Shown here: positions 61,701-64,000 of the stretch, in pieces
Layout: each line of letters starts with the position of its first letter
Position numbering within the stretch: the first letter of the stretch is position 1
Assembly: GCA_964016885.1 (NCBI GenBank)
Contig: OZ024742.1
Location: 7,440,001 to 7,504,000 of the forward strand
DNA length: 64,000 nt
Direction of reading: 5' to 3'
Source of the DNA: Eledone cirrhosa
Taxonomy: Eukaryota
Translations under genes and position numbers: made by a program
Notes under the pieces: model-generated
The model's database searches: none
Told to the model about the DNA's origin: nothing
Seen by the model: only the letters and a program-made list of their open reading frames with translations

Positions 61701-64000
61701 TGATGGTGTTGTATGTTGTGATGGTGGTGTTGTATGTTGTGATGGTGGTGTTGTATGTTGTGGTGGTGGTGTTGTATGTTGTGATGGTGGTGTTTTATGT
61801 TGTGATGGTGGTGTTGTATGTTGTGGTGGTGGTGTTGTATGTTGTGATGGTGTTGTTGTATGTTGTGATTGTGGTGTTGTATGTTGTGATGGTGGTGTTT
61901 TATGTTGTGATGGTGGTGTTGTTTGTTGTAATGGTGGTGTTGTAGATTGTGATGGTGGTGTTGTAGATTGTGATGGTGGTGTTGTATGTGGTGATGGTAG
62001 TGTTGTATGTTATGATGGTGGTGTTGTATGTTGTGATGTTGGTGCTGTATGTTGTGATGGTGGTGTTGTATGTTATGATGGTGGTGTTATATGTTGTGAT
62101 GGTGGTGTTGTATGTCGTGATGGTGGTGTTGTATGTTATGATGGTGGTGTTATATGTTGTGATGGTGGTGTTGTATGTTGTGATGTTGGTATTGTATGTT
62201 GTGATGGCGGTATTGTATGTTCTGATGGTGGTGATGTATGTTGTGATGGTGGTGATGTATGTTGTGATGGTAGTGATGTATGTTGTGATGGTGGTGTTGT
62301 ATGTTGTGATGTTGGTATTGTATGTTGTGATGGTGGTGTTGTATTTTGTTATGGTGGTGATGTATGTTGTGATGGTGGTGATGTATGTTGTGATGGTGGT
62401 GTTGTATGTTGTGATGGTGGTATTGTATGTTGTGATGTTTGTGTTGTATGTTATGATGGTGGTGTTGTATGTTGTGATGGTGGTGTTGTAGATCGTGATA
62501 GTGGTGTTGTAGGTTGTGATGTTGGTATTGTATGTTGTGATGGTGGTGTTGTATGTTGTGATGGTGGTGTTGTATGTGTGATGGTGGTGTTGTATGTTGT
62601 GATTGTGGTGTTGTATTTTGTGATGGTGGTGTTGTAGATTGTTATGGTGGTGTTGTATGTTGTGATGGTGGTGTTGTATGTTGTGATGGTGGTGTTGTAT
62701 GTTGTGATGGTGGTGTTGTATGTTGTGATGGTGGTGTTTTATGTTGTGAAGGTTTTTGTTGTATGTTGTGATGGTGGTGTTGTATGTTGTGATGGTGGTG
62801 TTGAAGATTGTGATGCTGGTGTTGTAGACTCTGATGGTGGCGTTGTATGTTGTGATGGTGGTGTTGTATGTTGTGATGGTGGTGATGTAGATTGTGATGG
62901 TGGTGTTGTATGTTGTGCTGGTGGTGTTGTATGTCGTGATAGTGGTGGTGTATGTTGTGATGGTGGTGGTGTATTTTGTTATGGTGTTGTTGTATGTTGT
63001 GTTGGTGATGTTGTAGATTGTGATGGTGGTGTTGTATGTTGTGCTGGTGATGCAGTATGTTGTGATGGTGGTGTTGTAAATTGTGATGGTGATGCTGTAT
63101 GTTGTGATGGTGGTGTTGTAGATTGTGATGGTGGTGTTGTATGTTGTGATGGTGGTGTTGTAGATTGTGATGGTGGTGTTGTATGTTATGATGGTGGTGT
63201 TGTATGTTGTGATGGTGGTGTTGTATGTTGTGATGGTGGTGTTGTATGTTGTGATGGTGGTGTTGTATTTTGTGATGGTGATGCTGTATGTTGTGATGGT
63301 GGTGTTGTATGTTGTGATGGTGGTGTTGTATGTTGTGATGGTGGTGTTGTATTTTGTGATGGTGATGCTGTATGTTGTGATAGTGGTGATGGTGGTGTTG
63401 TATGTTATGATGGTGGTGTTGTATATTGTGATGGTGGTGTTGTAGATTGTGATGGTGGTGTTGTATGTTATGATGGTGGTGTTGTATGTTGTGATTGTGG
63501 TGTTGTATGTTGTGATGGTGGTGTTGTATGTTGTGATGGTGGTGTTGTATTTTGTGATGGTGATGCTGTATGTTGTGATGGTGGTGTTGTATGTTGTAAT
63601 AGTGGTGATGTATGTTGTGATGGTGGTGCTGTAGATTGTGATGGTGGTGTTGTATGTTGTGATGGTGGTGTTGTATGTTGTGATGGTGGTGTTGTAGATT
63701 GTGATGGTGATGTTGTATGTTTTGATGGTGGTGTTGTAGATTGTGATGGTGGTGTTGTATGTTATGATGGTGGTGTTGTATGTTGTGATGGTGGTGTTGT
63801 ATGTTCTGATTGTGGTGTTGAAGATTGTGGTGGTGGCGTTGTATTTTGTGATGGTGGTGTTGTATGTTGTGATGGTGGTGTTGTAGATTGTGTAGGTGGT
63901 GTTGTATGTTGTGATGGTGGTGTTGTATGTTGTGATGGTGGTGTTGTATGTTGTGATGGTGGTGATGTATGTTGTGATGTTGGTGTTGTATGTTGTTATG
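55773..64000. repeat. 21-bp minisatellite array, consensus GATGGTGGTGTTGTATGTTGT, ~390 copies visible (runs off the right edge)
   Basis: 21-bp periodicity with point variants and rare indels. Confidence 0.98.

Noticed and set aside
55692-63634. Cys-rich (CCDGGVV)n, (YNTTITT)n and (MVVLYVV)n ORFs as metallothionein/keratin-like or glycoprotein genes
   Set aside because: These are translations of a 21-bp satellite open in several frames at once and broken by stops and frameshifts, with no non-repetitive coding context.
55773-64000. Telomeric repeat or chromosome end
   Set aside because: The array is GT-rich but has no TTAGGG-type units; it is a variable 21-bp minisatellite.

Overview
This is non-coding, repeat-dominated eukaryotic DNA, most likely cephalopod (Octopus-like); the organism is inferred only from the tRNA-derived SINE and is not verified. 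About 85% of the window is tandem arrays: a 30-bp minisatellite (1-8540), a ~35-kb 38/41-bp satellite (9682-44906) bracketed by (GTT)n tracts, and a 21-bp minisatellite (55773-64000). The long ORFs in the track are artefacts of these arrays. The informative part is the complex island at ~47-55.7 kb. It holds a 434-bp inverted-repeat element with Penelope-like pseudo-LTR architecture, and each arm carries a type-I hammerhead ribozyme motif with a minimal palindromic helix III and an unusually long (~105 nt) helix II. A young SINE has inserted at the ribozyme core of one arm and regenerated that core through its target-site duplication. Other SINE copies sit at ATTATT targets and stack at the same site. 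There is also one candidate 101-nt minus-strand exon.
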